A stretch of 64,000 nucleotides of DNA from Eledone cirrhosa (Eukaryota), in contig CAXHJY010000713.1 of assembly GCA_964016885.1 (NCBI GenBank), positions 54,861 to 118,860 on the forward strand, written 5' to 3'. Within the stretch, counting starts at the first letter, position 1. Each line of letters begins with the position of its first letter. The translations under genes were made by a program, and so were the position numbers. This document shows, one piece after another, positions 41,419 through 54,828 of the stretch. Under the pieces are notes generated by a model that did no database searches, was not told where the DNA came from, and saw only the letters and a program-made list of their open reading frames with translations.

Positions 41419-41531
41419 GTCAGGATGGCCGAGCGGTCCAAGGCTCCAGAGTCAAGGTATGATACCTTATCCAGAACATTGAGTATTCTGGTCCACTAAT
41501 GTGGGCGTGGGTTCGAATCCCACTTCTGACA
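41419..41531 (+). tRNA. tRNA-Leu(CAA), intron, terminal copy 25, possibly defective
   Basis: AAGGCTCCAGAGTCAAG shows G26T and C32G relative to the other copies. The intron start is changed (GTATGATACC). A/B boxes and acceptor stem are intact. Confidence 0.7.
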
Positions 41532-42053
41532 AATTTTTATTTTTGTTTCTGACAAGTTTCTATTTTCATTTTGTATTATACGTAGCTGATATAGTACTTT
41601 AATACACAAAGTATATGGTGTGTATCAGAGTACCAGATGTATTTTAACTGTTAAACATACTGGACATGTGGTGAGTCGTGTATATACAACAACCGGTAGT
41701 ATATGTTACACTGCTATACACACAGGTCATGCGGATGTTGGTGTATATTATAACCCACCGTATTTTTGCTATATATTATATTCATATAAATCAATTAATT
41801 TTATAAACCAATTACAATAATTTTCTGCGATACTTTTTACTTATTATCAGCTATAATTAATTATAAATATTCTCTCTTACTAATAAATCATTCTAAAATA
41901 TCATATACAAAATACCTGTAGATACCTGGATAAGACATAATGTGATGTCCCATGTATGATTCCTTTTACTATTAAACCATACTAAACTTACATATACAGA
42001 TCAACCAGCTAACGTTCATTTGTATTGTACTGATCTTAATATATACAGTAATT

Positions 42054-42280
42054 AGGGTGGTGGATTGGCAGAATCGATAGAGCGCCGGATATAATGCTTC
42101 ATGGCATAGTTACGTCCCTTTACGTTCTGAGTTCAAATCCAACCGAGCTTAGCTTTGCCTTTCACCCTTACGCGATCGAGAAAATAAATCAACTGTTGAT
42201 AAAATAAATCACTGAGGTCGAATTGATCGACTTTCCCTTCTCCTTTAAATTGCTGGCCTTGTGCCTAAAGTAGAAACAAT
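42054..42280 (+). mobile_element. tRNA-derived SINE
   Basis: Head TGGCAGAATCG...GAGTTCAAATCC (A/B-box-like), central CTTTGCCTTTCACCCTT..ATCGAGAAAATAA, 3' end GTGCCTAAAGTAGAAACAAT. Flanking repeat TATATACAGT(A/G)ATT at 42040-42053 and 42281-42294. A homologous copy lies on the minus strand at 55690-55876. Confidence 0.8.
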
Positions 42281-42759
42281 TATATACAGTGATTGTTGTC
42301 GGTAAAGGTATATGGCGTTAGGGGAAACGTCAGTCACAATTTAGTTGAGTGGGTCTCTTTATCTCACCCTCTCCCTATATATGTGTAGGTATATGTCTTT
42401 GACCACGTATTAAGTGTAGATGCCTGTTTATTGCAGACTAAGATATGACAAGCTGTAGAAGTTAACAAGCTGTAACGACAGATAATTAAGTCAAGGAGTT
42501 CATTATTTTTTTCTAATTGTTTATTTATTTACTTGTTTATTCTTCTAAACGGTTCTCTTCAGATAACATCTAAATGGTTCCCTTTCGATAACATGTAATA
42601 TAGTTTCATAGAAAAAGATTGATAAGAATGGAATGTAAATTAGGAAAATATAGACAAAAATAGAGAATAGGAAAGAAAAATCGGGAAGGAGAGGGAATTG
42701 CAAGGACTCTAATGTCATAGAAGAATGGAGAGGGGGAAGTGGGAAGATAATTGAGCTCT

Positions 42760-42980
42760 GGGCCTAGGGAGCGGCGATGGAGGGGCTGCGCCCCGCAGAC
42801 ATGACAGCAAAAGTATTCCCACGGACAATGGCCAGTGACACCCGCTGCAACAGCCAGCCCACCTCTCGGGGCTCCCTCCTCAGACGAGCCGCCGACGTTC
42901 AGATCTTGCGGAGGAGCTCGACTGTACGGGGTTTAAGTACGCCTGAGGTCTCTCCGGTGACTGGTGCGAAGAGGAACTTT
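42760..42980 (-). mobile_element. CRE-like non-LTR retrotransposon, 3'-terminal ORF fragment
   Basis: Manual minus-strand translation FLFAPVTGETSGVLKPRTVELLRKI*TSAARLRREPREVGWLLQRVSLAIVRGNTFAV matches the C-terminus of CRE-type restriction-like endonuclease ORFs. It overlaps the motif VETSGVLGP of the 48.4-kb fragment. Confidence 0.7.
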
Positions 42981-43456
42981 GATAAACTTCAAATTTCTAA
43001 CCAATCCTCTCATTCATTATAGCATTGCTTATTTTGTTTTAGTTTATTTTTTCTACTTATAGTTTTTTTCGACCTGTATTTTTTAATACTTTTCTACTTG
43101 TTTATGTTTTCTATTTTATCTGTTCGTATATCTTTATCTTTGATTGTGAATCCTAATATGTTATTATATTATCGTTTGTCCCTTATTTGTCTTTTCTCAG
43201 TCTACGTATCCAATTTATGCATTTCAGTCTCTTTATATATCTTACAAATAAAGATTATAGTTCATTGCTTCTGAGGAAGACGGTGTGATGGATCTGAAAT
43301 ATCGAGACTAATAGGATATGTGCTTACCTATTCAATTAATTACTTACAGTATCAACTAGTTACTATATCGATTTATCATAATCAATCAACGTTCGGAAAC
43401 GATCGTAATACAATGAACTGATTAAGCACCAATCTTCGTCTTTTGTTTTTATTGTT

Positions 43457-43648
<192 letters not shown>

Positions 43649-43843
43649 ATAGTGGGTTGTTTAGTTTTTTGTAGTGTGTGCAGTGGGCAAGATAAGAATA
43701 GTAAGCTATAGGGAGCTGAGAGGGAGAAGCTAGAATATAAAGACATATAAAAGCTAGAATAGAAGCTAGAATATAAAGACATATAAAAAACGAGATAAAA
43801 CTTGCTTAAAAATGGTATACGTTTTTTTTTATTGTTCAGAGGT

Positions 43844-44578
43844 CAGAGGTTCTCAAACTTTTTGGGTCACCGCTCCCTTCACGGCCACGTAATACCCTCA
43901 GTGCCCCCACCCCTATTTCCAGAGAGACGTGTCTACATGTAAATTGTAGATAATATATAATAAATAAAGTTGTTAATTTATATATAATAAATAATATAAT
44001 TATGTATTCATAATATGCCGTTAATATGCATAAGGAAAGTATATACTTTCAGACGTTCAATCATTTGACAGGAAGGTATACGGTGCTGATGACAGCTAAT
44101 AAGCTAGAAATTAGTTCAGCGTTCCTTTGTCAGTGTTGAACAAAAGGGCAACGATGGTTGCCGAACACTGTACGGCTAATAATTCGGGCTGTTTGTTTAC
44201 AAACAAACCGAACATTTTAATAAATGTTCGGTAAACTTATACGTACATATATATATATATGTGTGCATGTATGTATGTATATACATACTGCTGTACGTCT
44301 GTATACATATATGTATGTACGTATACATACTTATATTTAAGTATCAGCCGTACTAAGAGTGAGAAATGAAATTTCATTTTTTCCAAATAATATACTATAT
44401 ACTATGTATAAATAAATATTTTATTTTTCATTTTACTATATTTATATATAATATGTATCACTTGATATATAATACAGTATTATATCATTCTTACTGCCCC
44501 CTCCCTCGCCCACTTAGCCTCCAGCGGCCTCCTTCGACCTTCTCAACGCCCCCGGGGCGCCCACTTTGAGAACATCTG
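43844..44578 (+). mobile_element. hAT (Charlie-like) MITE with ~0.3-0.4 kb extra internal sequence
   Basis: TIRs CAGAGGTTCTCAAA / TTTGAGAACATCTG. Ends are colinear with 47935-48262. No clean TSD. Confidence 0.75.
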
Positions 44579-44709
44579 GTTTAGGTGAAGGTAGAGGTGT
44601 AGAAAGATGACTGTGAGGGTTAGGGTTAGCATTAAAATTAAGGTTAGAGTTAGTAATAGGATTACTTAAACTTATATTCTAGTCTCTGAGCACCCCCTCC
44701 CATCTCTCG

Positions 44710-45433
<724 letters not shown>

Positions 45434-45442
45434 TATATATAT

Positions 45443-46096
45443 AAAACATGAGAAGAAAGAAGAATACTGCCTGGTTGCACATGGGTTACATATAATAAAA
45501 ATAGTCCTTCGTCAGTGATTTTCCAACCATCATTGGTATTTCATCGCATTAAAAATCATATACCTCAGGTTGGTGCGAGCAATAACTAAAAAAAGTTATT
45601 GGGACCAGTAAATCGCGTAAAGCGAGGGGGACAAGTGAACAACATAGAAGGATAAAAGCAAACCAAAGGAAGGAAAAAAAACAAGCAACATGGTTGTCCT
45701 GGTCAGCATAAGCTGGGTGGATTTCATGAGCGAAAGGTACAGACGTCCGACGTGAGTGAGATGTAAGCAAGAAGAAACCCACTGTAAGCCAAACGGGAGG
45801 AAGTGAGAAGGGGAGAAACAGAGAGTGAATGAGTGGAAGTGCGAAGAAGCGGTCAGTCGAGAGAAAGTGTAACTGACAGAGGGGGCGAAAGAAGGTGAGA
45901 AAAACAGAGAGAACGGGGAAGCAGTAAGAGAGAAACAGACAAACGTAGCCGAGGTAAATATATATAAAAAACATGAGAAGAAAGAATAATACTGCGTGGT
46001 TGCACATGGGTTAGATATGATAAAATAGTCCTTCGTCAATGATTTTCCAACCATCATTGGTATTTCATCGCATTAAAAATCATATACCTCAGGTTG
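45443..46096. repeat. ~130-bp direct repeats (45443-45572, 45968-46096) around a purine-rich core, flanked by TA tracts
   Basis: Direct comparison of the two copies (AAAACATGAGAAGAAAGAA...CATATACCTCAGGTTG). Confidence 0.8.
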
Positions 46097-46127
46097 CTCA
46101 TATAAATAAATATATATATATATGCGC

Positions 46128-46192
<65 letters not shown>

Positions 46193-46655
46193 CATCTGAC
46201 CATTTTTGCAGACCTCACCATCCTTTAGCAGAGCATGTTAATATAGCCACCTCATGAAAACCTTTTGTTAGAATAAATGCTTAGAATAAATGAACCTTGA
46301 AAATTAGGAGTGCCTGTCAGTTACCGTGAATTTACTTTTGCCTTTGTATCACTATGTATTTTTTTATAAATATAGTTTTTTCAAAGAATCCCCATTCTTT
46401 AAATCATTCGGCCAATGACCTCCACCCATCCCAATCACCACCTTCCAAATACCACCAGAAAATGTATAAATACCACCATATCACATTGACAGTCGGCTTT
46501 CCCGATGATTTCCTTCGAATGAAACAGTTCTAGTCCTATAGAAGCCATTTCTATATCAAACATTTACACACTGGTATGTATTAAGAAACCTTACTTACTG
46601 TGGTTACTCCCGATTGAACCCGGGATACACACACACGCCCCCCCCCCCCCCCACG

Positions 46656-46798
<143 letters not shown>

Positions 46799-47128
46799 GT
46801 GTGTGTTTCTGTGAATGTGTGTGAATATGTTCGAAATGAATTATTGACTTGATTTTTTCATATTTTCCTCTCTTTACGTTGCCTCACCATTCGTGTCTGT
46901 TTACATGTCTTCCTCTTTCTCCACCCAACTCTTTTTATCCCAATAACTTATTTTAGTTATTGTATCGCCCTAGACGGAGGTATATGGTCTGTAATGCGAA
47001 GAAATACCTATGATGCCGAGTAGACAACTGATGATGGATATTCCTAACTTCTATTTCTAATTCTTCATTTTTTATACATAAATGCAACAACACAGCTCGC
47101 CATTTTTGATTTATATATATATATATAT

Positions 47129-47452
<324 letters not shown>

Positions 47453-47934
47453 GTGGAACACTGGAAGGTAATATCCGTAGTGGTAGAGCACTCAGTCCAT
47501 GGGACGAGTTAGGTAGAAGTGGTTACACAACAGTTAGTTCACCATACCGAGAACAATTGTTTCACCTTAGCGGATCCTCAGCTCGGAATGGGCATGGTTA
47601 TAGGAACAGGAAGGGCATATATATATATGTACTTGTGTCCTTTAGTTAACGATGACGTGGCTTAGTTCTCAGTAAAAAGAAAATTCACATTCTAGCATAT
47701 TTCTGAAATTCAGACTGGCAAAGTAACAAAGAAGAACCGTAGGGAGACGCCCTGTCAGTAGAATCTACACCTGTTCAAAATGCAACTTCCTGCCGTCTAC
47801 TGTTTTCCCCTTTTTGCAGGGTTTCATAGTGTTTAGAAATTTCTCTTCCAGAAATGGAACAATAGTTATTAATCTTTTTGATACCACCTCCTCCAAAATC
47901 TACCTCTGCGTCTATGAAACAATACTATATAGAT

Positions 47935-48262
47935 CAGATGTTCTCAAACTTTTGGGGCTAGCCCCCACCTTACGGCCACGTAATACCCCCCCACACACAC
48001 ACGTATTTCAAGAGGGACCTGCCTACACGCAAATTGTAAATAATACGTAATAAATAAAATCGTTGATTTATATATAAGTAACATATATACTGCGTATAAA
48101 TAAATATACATTTTTTTTATTTAACTATATTTATATATACTATGTATCGTTTGATATTTAATATACCATTATATCATCTTTACCCCCACCTTAGGTCCCA
48201 GCGCCCACTGGACATTCTCAACTCCCCCCAGGGGGCGGTAGCGCCCACTTTGAGAACCATTG
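47935..48262 (+). mobile_element. hAT (Charlie-like) MITE, 328 bp
   Basis: TIRs CAGATGTTCTCAAA / TTTGAGAACCATTG. Perfect 8-bp TSD ATATAGAT at 47927-47934 and 48263-48270. Confidence 0.88.
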
Positions 48263-48401
48263 ATATAGATTAAAGTCTTTCTATATGATTTGATATAAAA
48301 ACATTGTATCTAGTCTTGTTATAAATATCACCCTAACTCTTAATATCATGTAATAAACTAGCCCCAAAATATCTAAAAAACAGGCTTGTTAATTCAAATA
48401 T

Positions 48402-48938
48402 CTATAGTATATTTACTAGTTCAGCGCCGATGGTGGTAAATAGGGAGGTAGCTCTAGGGCCAAGGACACCAGAAGTCTCCACTGACAGGGGCACGACTGC
48501 AAACCTGTTGGAGAGCGACCGATACTTGGAGAGTTTGCCCTTCTCAGTCTGAAGTGCAGCAGAACCTGGGTTAGTCGCAGACTGCACCAGGTCGCGGCTG
48601 GAGAAAGTGTCGCTGCAAGTGGCATCCCAGACAAGGGGTTTGTCACTGCGTCTGGCCTTTTTGCCGACCTCTCGGTCCAGCCCCACCGGCTCGAGCTGGG
48701 AGCGGAAGCCTGCAGCATCCAAGCCATGCTTTATGACCTCGTTGAGGGTGGCATGGCGTAGAAGGCGGCCGGCACTGTAGTGACAGGAGAGTGGATGGAG
48801 GTCGAAAGAGTCAACGGTGGATCCGCAGCGAGATTTGTATGGCTCGCAGATCCGGAGGCCAAGCCCCAGGAAAACTCCGATGCGTTGGCTACCGTTGTAC
48901 AGCTGCGAGCCTTCTCGAGAATATATTATATGTGTCAT
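48402..48938 (-). mobile_element. CRE-like non-LTR retrotransposon remnant (Zn-knuckle + restriction-like endonuclease)
   Basis: ORF with ICEPYKSRCGSTVD...HPLSC...LRHATLN...LEPVGLDR...LVWDATCSDT...KYRSL...VPLSVETSGVLGP. KRPD appears in the alternative frame. GC-rich island, decayed. Confidence 0.78.
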
Positions 48939-49097
48939 TTATTTCTAATGAACCACACTTTGAAGGATTTGGAAGGGATTTACTAAGATTGTAAATTATT
49001 TCGTTTTTAATCTTAACATCCTGTACCACATTGAACCACATTAACAAGGCATTATTGAAAAGTACACAAGAACACCATGAGTGTATCACATTAAAAA

Positions 49098-49157
<60 letters not shown>

Positions 49158-49213
49158 ATGGTATTCATATATTATATATATGTATGTATGTGTGTATATA
49201 CATATGTATGTAA

Positions 49214-49260
<47 letters not shown>

Positions 49261-49322
49261 CATAAATACACACACACACACACACATATATATATTCATA
49301 CATACGTGTATGAAATACATAC

Positions 49323-49383
<61 letters not shown>

Positions 49384-50054
49384 ACGTGTATGTGTATATC
49401 TGTTGCATCTAATGTTCCAGAAATGTCCCATAAAAGACGATGTTTACTACGTTTGTGGAGTCTATTAAAGTTTAAATAGATCGGAGGAAATAAATTGGTT
49501 ATTGTGTGTGACGGTGAGAGATTAAGAGAATGGTGGAATGTGAGGATGTCGAAATGATCGAATAGAGAAGGATGCTTCTCATTTACGCTTGTCCATAAAA
49601 CACCAACAATGTTATTCTGAGTTATATATTTTTTCTGTTTCTCACTCTCTCTCTTCCCTCTTCCCACTTTCTATCGCCCCCCCCTCTCTCTCTCTCTCTC
49701 TCTTTCTCTTTTTCACTCTTTCTCTTCCAACTTTCTGTCGTTGTCTCTCCCAGTCTCTTTCTTTCTCTCTCCTTTTTCTCTTTTCTCTTTCTTTTTTTCT
49801 TTCCTTCTTCCTTTCTCTCTATATCTTACCCCCTCTTCTTCCTGTCGTTCTGTCTCTTTCCATACATCTGTCTTGGAGTTTCTCTCTGTCACTGACTCTC
49901 ACTGACTTCTGCCTCTCTTTCTCTCTCCCTCTCTGACTCTCCCCCTCCCTGTCCCTTCTCTCTTTCTGTCCCCCACACCCTATATCTGTATTTCTGAAAT
50001 TATTCCTAATATAGCAATAAAGATAAGCTAATGGGTATAAACACAATCACACAT

Positions 50055-50155
<101 letters not shown>

Positions 50156-50402
50156 CACTCTCACATACACATCCATACACACATACATGTTCGCATACAC
50201 ACATATACATATACTCAGATACATATACACACCAAACAAATCTGCGCACACACATATACAAAACGAACATACACACACACACTAACATAAGCGTGAACAT
50301 TCATTTACACATATATATATATATATACACAATCACACACACACATATATATACACATATATATACACATGCACATACACACACACATACACACACACAC
50401 AC

Positions 50403-50470
<68 letters not shown>

Positions 50471-50514
50471 TTTGCAGTAAATATTGGAAGTGTTAGAATG
50501 GTAAAAACCCAGTG

Positions 50515-50548
<34 letters not shown>

Positions 50549-50681
50549 ATCTAGAACTATAAAGAATTTTCTAGAAACTGGTTAATTCTCGGAATAATGG
50601 AGGTATTTTGCTATCTACAACCGGTGGATGTTAGGTAGTATTGATTTCAACTGTATGTTACAATGGTAAAAGTAGAGAGGA

Positions 50682-50742
<61 letters not shown>

Positions 50743-50862
50743 GACAAACAGAATATTCGGAAATATTCTGTATGTTTATAATAAACATTTTGAAGACCCA
50801 ATCGCTATAGAATAGAATACGTCACGTATTACAATTTGAGATTCTCGATAAAAGCAAGGGAA

Positions 50863-50905
50863 GTAATCTACGCGTTTCATTCTTGTTAGAAATCATCAGG
50901 ATTAC
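50863..50905 (-). ncRNA. Minimal type I hammerhead ribozyme (Penelope-type)
   Basis: Minus strand GTAATC-CTGATGA-TTTCTAACAAGAAT-GAAA-CGCG-TA-GATTAC. Perfect 6-bp stem I, complete core, stem II TTCT/AGAA, palindromic stem III ACGCGT. Confidence 0.85.
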
Positions 50906-51218
50906 ATATCCAATGCTTTTATCGAGAACGACACAGCTAGAGACTTATAGAATACTTAGCTGTGTACAGGAACTGGTTTGAAAGAGCGGTAGCCGGTCCG
51001 GCAGAAATTAGAATTTGGATTTAATGCTCTGAAATAGCGATATATATGTGAAGACAAACATAGAATATGCTTTTATCGAGAATCTCAAATTGTAATACGT
51101 GACGTATTCTATTCTATAGCGATTGGGTCTTCAAAATGTTTATTATAAACATACAGAATATTTCCGAATATTCTATGTTTGTCTTCACATATATATCGCT
51201 ATTTCAGAGCATTAAATC

Positions 51219-51304
<86 letters not shown>

Positions 51305-51359
51305 TATAGGTATATATATACATACATATACATACATATATATATATATATAGGTATAT

Positions 51360-51394
<35 letters not shown>

Positions 51395-51542
51395 GATATA
51401 TTTAAAGGTTAAACAAGGTTCAATGAATAAATCAAAGAATTAGTTTTACAATAGATTGGAAGCACTCAACAAAATGGTTTTCCGGAGTTATTAATATTCA
51501 TTCAAAATATTAACAAAAATAGAACTTCATTGTGATCAAGTA

Positions 51543-51609
51543 TATTTTAGTATACATATTTCAAAGTTACTGAGCTAACTTCAACAGTACGTCCTCATCA
51601 GATAAAATA
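51543..51609 (-). ncRNA. Type I hammerhead motif in the 3' pLTR
   Basis: TATTTTAT-CTGATGA-GGACGTACTG..CAGTAACTTT-GAAA-TATGTA-TA-CTAAAATA. The inverted copy at ~54691-54757 has GAAA>TAAA. Confidence 0.65.
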
Positions 51610-52852
51610 AGATGATGCATGACATACCCTGACATAGTAGATGGTTAAGATCCAGTCATGGTAGTGAGTAAGATATGACAAAACTCAATATTTATATACC
51701 TTAAGATTGATACATGAAAAAAACTTACATATAATACATATAATACAGAGGGTGCGTGTAAGAAAGCTTAAAAATACATAACAGTAATTTACATAACTGT
51801 TAGAGATTCAAATAATTATTGAAGAAAGAGGAAAGAAAAAAGACAGAGAGAAAACATATGAGGGGAAAATATAGCTAGAAGAGGTATAGAGAGCAAAGGA
51901 GAATTGATCAAGGAAAGGGAGACAAAGAGGAATAATTATAATTATAATTATAGGGAGGGATGTATAGTTATGTATGCTATATATCCATACACAACTATAC
52001 AATTGGGCATAGCTATGCGATAGAGTAAACTCGAATCATTGAATTATTGAATTATCTAGAAATATTCATCAATCTAAATCCTAAATATAACTGGGTGTAA
52101 TCAATAACGGTTAATTTCCTCAGTTAATTAGTTATATATACTATCCAAATGTGTCCGGTTGACCGTTAACTTTCAAAACATTTAAGTTAGTTCAGAGTAA
52201 TGAATTAATTAAAGTGCATAATAGTTCAGGCTATAAAAGTTTATAAATATTACTATTAAAGTATACTATCATATTTAATTTATAAAATCATATTTTATGA
52301 ATTCCTATTTAAACTATTTGCGAACATGAGAGAGAAAACATGCTATTTTTCATCCTCTCGAAGGTAAATCTTAATAATTTTATTATAATTATTATTATTA
52401 TTATATTGAAGATATAATTTAAAAAAATTCAGATTAACAATTAGAATGCCTTAAAGCATCAAAAGGCTTTATAATTAAACTTAAAAAAGTTTATTATTAA
52501 ATTTGATATATGCATTTGTCTAAATATAAATAAAGATTATATTGTCTAAAGATTAAGATGATACCTATCATTTATATATAACATAATATAATACAATAAA
52601 TAAGTTACTGATAATATTGTTAGAAATTAAGGTTTTAGATCAATTATTATAATGTCATGTAACACATATATACTATAAATATACAAGTCAAACTTCTTGA
52701 ATCATACGGATAAGAATCTGATTCAAAGTAAAAAAATGAATTGTCTGCGATCTTAGATTTTTTTTATAAATTTATATAGTAGTATGATGTGTCTGCAAAC
52801 ATGAGAAATTTCATTGACCCGAAGGTAAGCCAAATTTAATTAAATTAAATAA

Positions 52853-53051
52853 AATAATAATCGTTATATAACTTAGAAAATTTAGAAAACATTTAGAACA
52901 TATTTAACGATTATAACACTAGAAAATCATTAAAGTATCTAAAGTACTTATCAATAATAATCGTTATATAACTTAGAGAGTTTAGAAAATATTTAGAAAA
53001 TATTTAACAATTATACACTAGAAAGTCATTAAAGTATTTAAAGTACTTATA
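52853..53051. repeat. ~100-bp tandem duplication inside the PLE 3' region
   Basis: AATAATAATCGTTATATAACTTAGA...AAAGTACTTAT occurs twice. Confidence 0.85.
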
Positions 53052-53631
53052 AATGTAACTAGAAGCATGATATTTTACTAGATATACATATTTGTTCAAA
53101 TATAGAGTATTCTAGATATTAGTGATCGATATACATATAATAAATAAACAGTACAATCATTGCTAGTAATGTTATAATTGAAGTTTTACTTACATCAAGA
53201 TAAGTGGGAAAAAAAGATTGTCGACTAGTATGGTGTGATGCATATACCGTAAATATATATAAATAAAAATATATAAATCAAACTTCCTGAATCGTAAAAC
53301 ATACTCCAGATAAGTAAATATACAAAAACATAAATGCATGAATGATTTACGGTACATTATAATTGTTAAGCATATAAGCCATATATAAAAAAAAATATAC
53401 AAGAATCCCAGTCAAAAAATTAAATATATCTTAACAATCAAAAGATATGCACGTTCCTCAAGAGATCATGTTAACCAATAATATGTTTATATACCTAAAC
53501 AGGACCCTTTAATCTAACATTAATCATATCATAAAAGAATTATTAAAGTTTTATAATCCGTTATGACGTTTTAGGTACACAGTTGATAAGAGACGTCAAA
53601 AATTAGACGTCAAAAATTAGAACCTGCTTAT

Positions 53632-54070
53632 TTAGTGTTTTTTCCTGAGGTTTTGCGAGGCTTGGAATGTAGACAAAGCTTTATGAAGGTAGTTTGAGAA
53701 TAATTCACTCTTTTTGTTAATTAAATTTTCACAATCAGTAATTATTAAAAGGGTCTCCATGGCACAGAGGTTGCAGTTAGGTGATATTGACGAATTCAAA
53801 TAAATTCTACTATTACAAGAAATTGAGTATTTTAAGTTTTTGTCTTTTAATGACCATATAAGCTGTGATAAAGAAGTCGAAGATTTCCTTTTAGGATTCA
53901 AAAAAGAGCATTTGTGATTCGTAAATCTAGATTTAAATGTCGAAGAAGTTGCACCTATATGGTTGTATGTGATGTTATTTGCTTTTACGGTGCATTTATA
54001 TACCAAATTGCTATCAAGACAGTTATTTTGAAGAGGGCAATCAGGTCTATTACTACAATTACACTTCGAT
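53632..54070 (-). pseudogene. GIY-YIG endonuclease domain of a Penelope-like retroelement (RT missing)
   Basis: CNCSNRPDCPLQNNCL linker upstream of VYKC...HIGATSSTFKSRFTNHKCSF...TSLSQLIWSLK...CNLCAMETLLI...LINKKSEL. Conserved positions are partly decayed. Confidence 0.85.
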
Positions 54071-54828
54071 TTATTGTTATTACTATAAATTGTACTATTT
54101 ACATTAACATTATTAGTATTCCGAAATGTTCTATTGATAGCAAACCATATAACTGATTTAGTTCTGATTTTTTTTCCCGATTTACGGTAGTGGTGTTTGT
54201 ATTAACATTTTTAGAATCTCGTTTATACATGTTAATCATAGGATTATAATTCAAATTATTATCCATATATTCGAGTTTACTCTATCGCATAGATATGCCC
54301 AATTGTATAGTTGTGTATGGATATATATCATACATAACTATACATCCCTCCCTATAATTATAATTATAATTATTCCTCTTTGTCTCCCTTTCCTTGATCA
54401 ATTCTCCTTTGCTCTCTATACCTCTTCTAGCTATATTTTCCCCTCATATGTTTTCTCTCTGTCTTTTTTCTTTCCTCTTTCTTCAATAATTATTTGAATC
54501 TCTAACAGTTATGTAAATTACTGTTATGTATTTTTAAGCTTTCTTACACGCACCCTCTGTATTATATGTATTATATGTAAGTTTTTTCATGTATCAATCT
54601 TAAGGTATATAAATATTGAGTTTTGTCATATCTTACTACCATGACTGGATCTTAACCATCTACTATGTCAGGGTATGTCATGCATCATCTTATTTTATCT
54701 GATGAGGACGTACTGTTGAAGTTAGCTCAGTAACTCTTAAATATGTATAATAAAATATACTTGATCACAACGAAGTTCTATTTTTGTTAATATTTTGAAT
54801 GAATGAATATATATATATATATATATAT

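Larger units (their letters stand above)
1..41958 (+). repeat. Tandem tRNA-Leu(CAA) gene array (macrosatellite), ~1,665-bp unit, 25 units in window, open at the left edge
   Basis: Near-identical unit recurring every 1,665 bp (1,662 where a 3-bp deletion follows tRNA 2 and 4). The ORF track repeats with the same period. Homology to the unit ends at ~41,958 (cccatgtatg). Confidence 0.98.
51405..54804 (-). mobile_element. 5'-truncated Penelope-like element (Neptune-type) with inverted pseudo-LTRs
   Basis: ~540-bp inverted repeats 51496-52036 / 54269-54804, GIY-YIG ORF between them, hammerhead motif within the repeats, (TA)n on both sides. Confidence 0.82.

Noticed and set aside
42777-43022. 81-aa plus-strand ORF
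   Set aside because: It is the antisense shadow of the CRE-like fragment on the minus strand.
43271-43310. CTGAGGA...GAAA possible hammerhead
   Set aside because: I could not build a convincing stem I or a UH cleavage site.
44616-44650. GGGTTAGGGTTAG telomere-like motif
   Set aside because: Only about two perfect units, which is too short to call an interstitial telomere.
51808-54497. Twin 64-aa hydrophobic ORFs on opposite strands
   Set aside because: They are by-products of the inverted pLTR, with TTG starts and low-complexity sequence.
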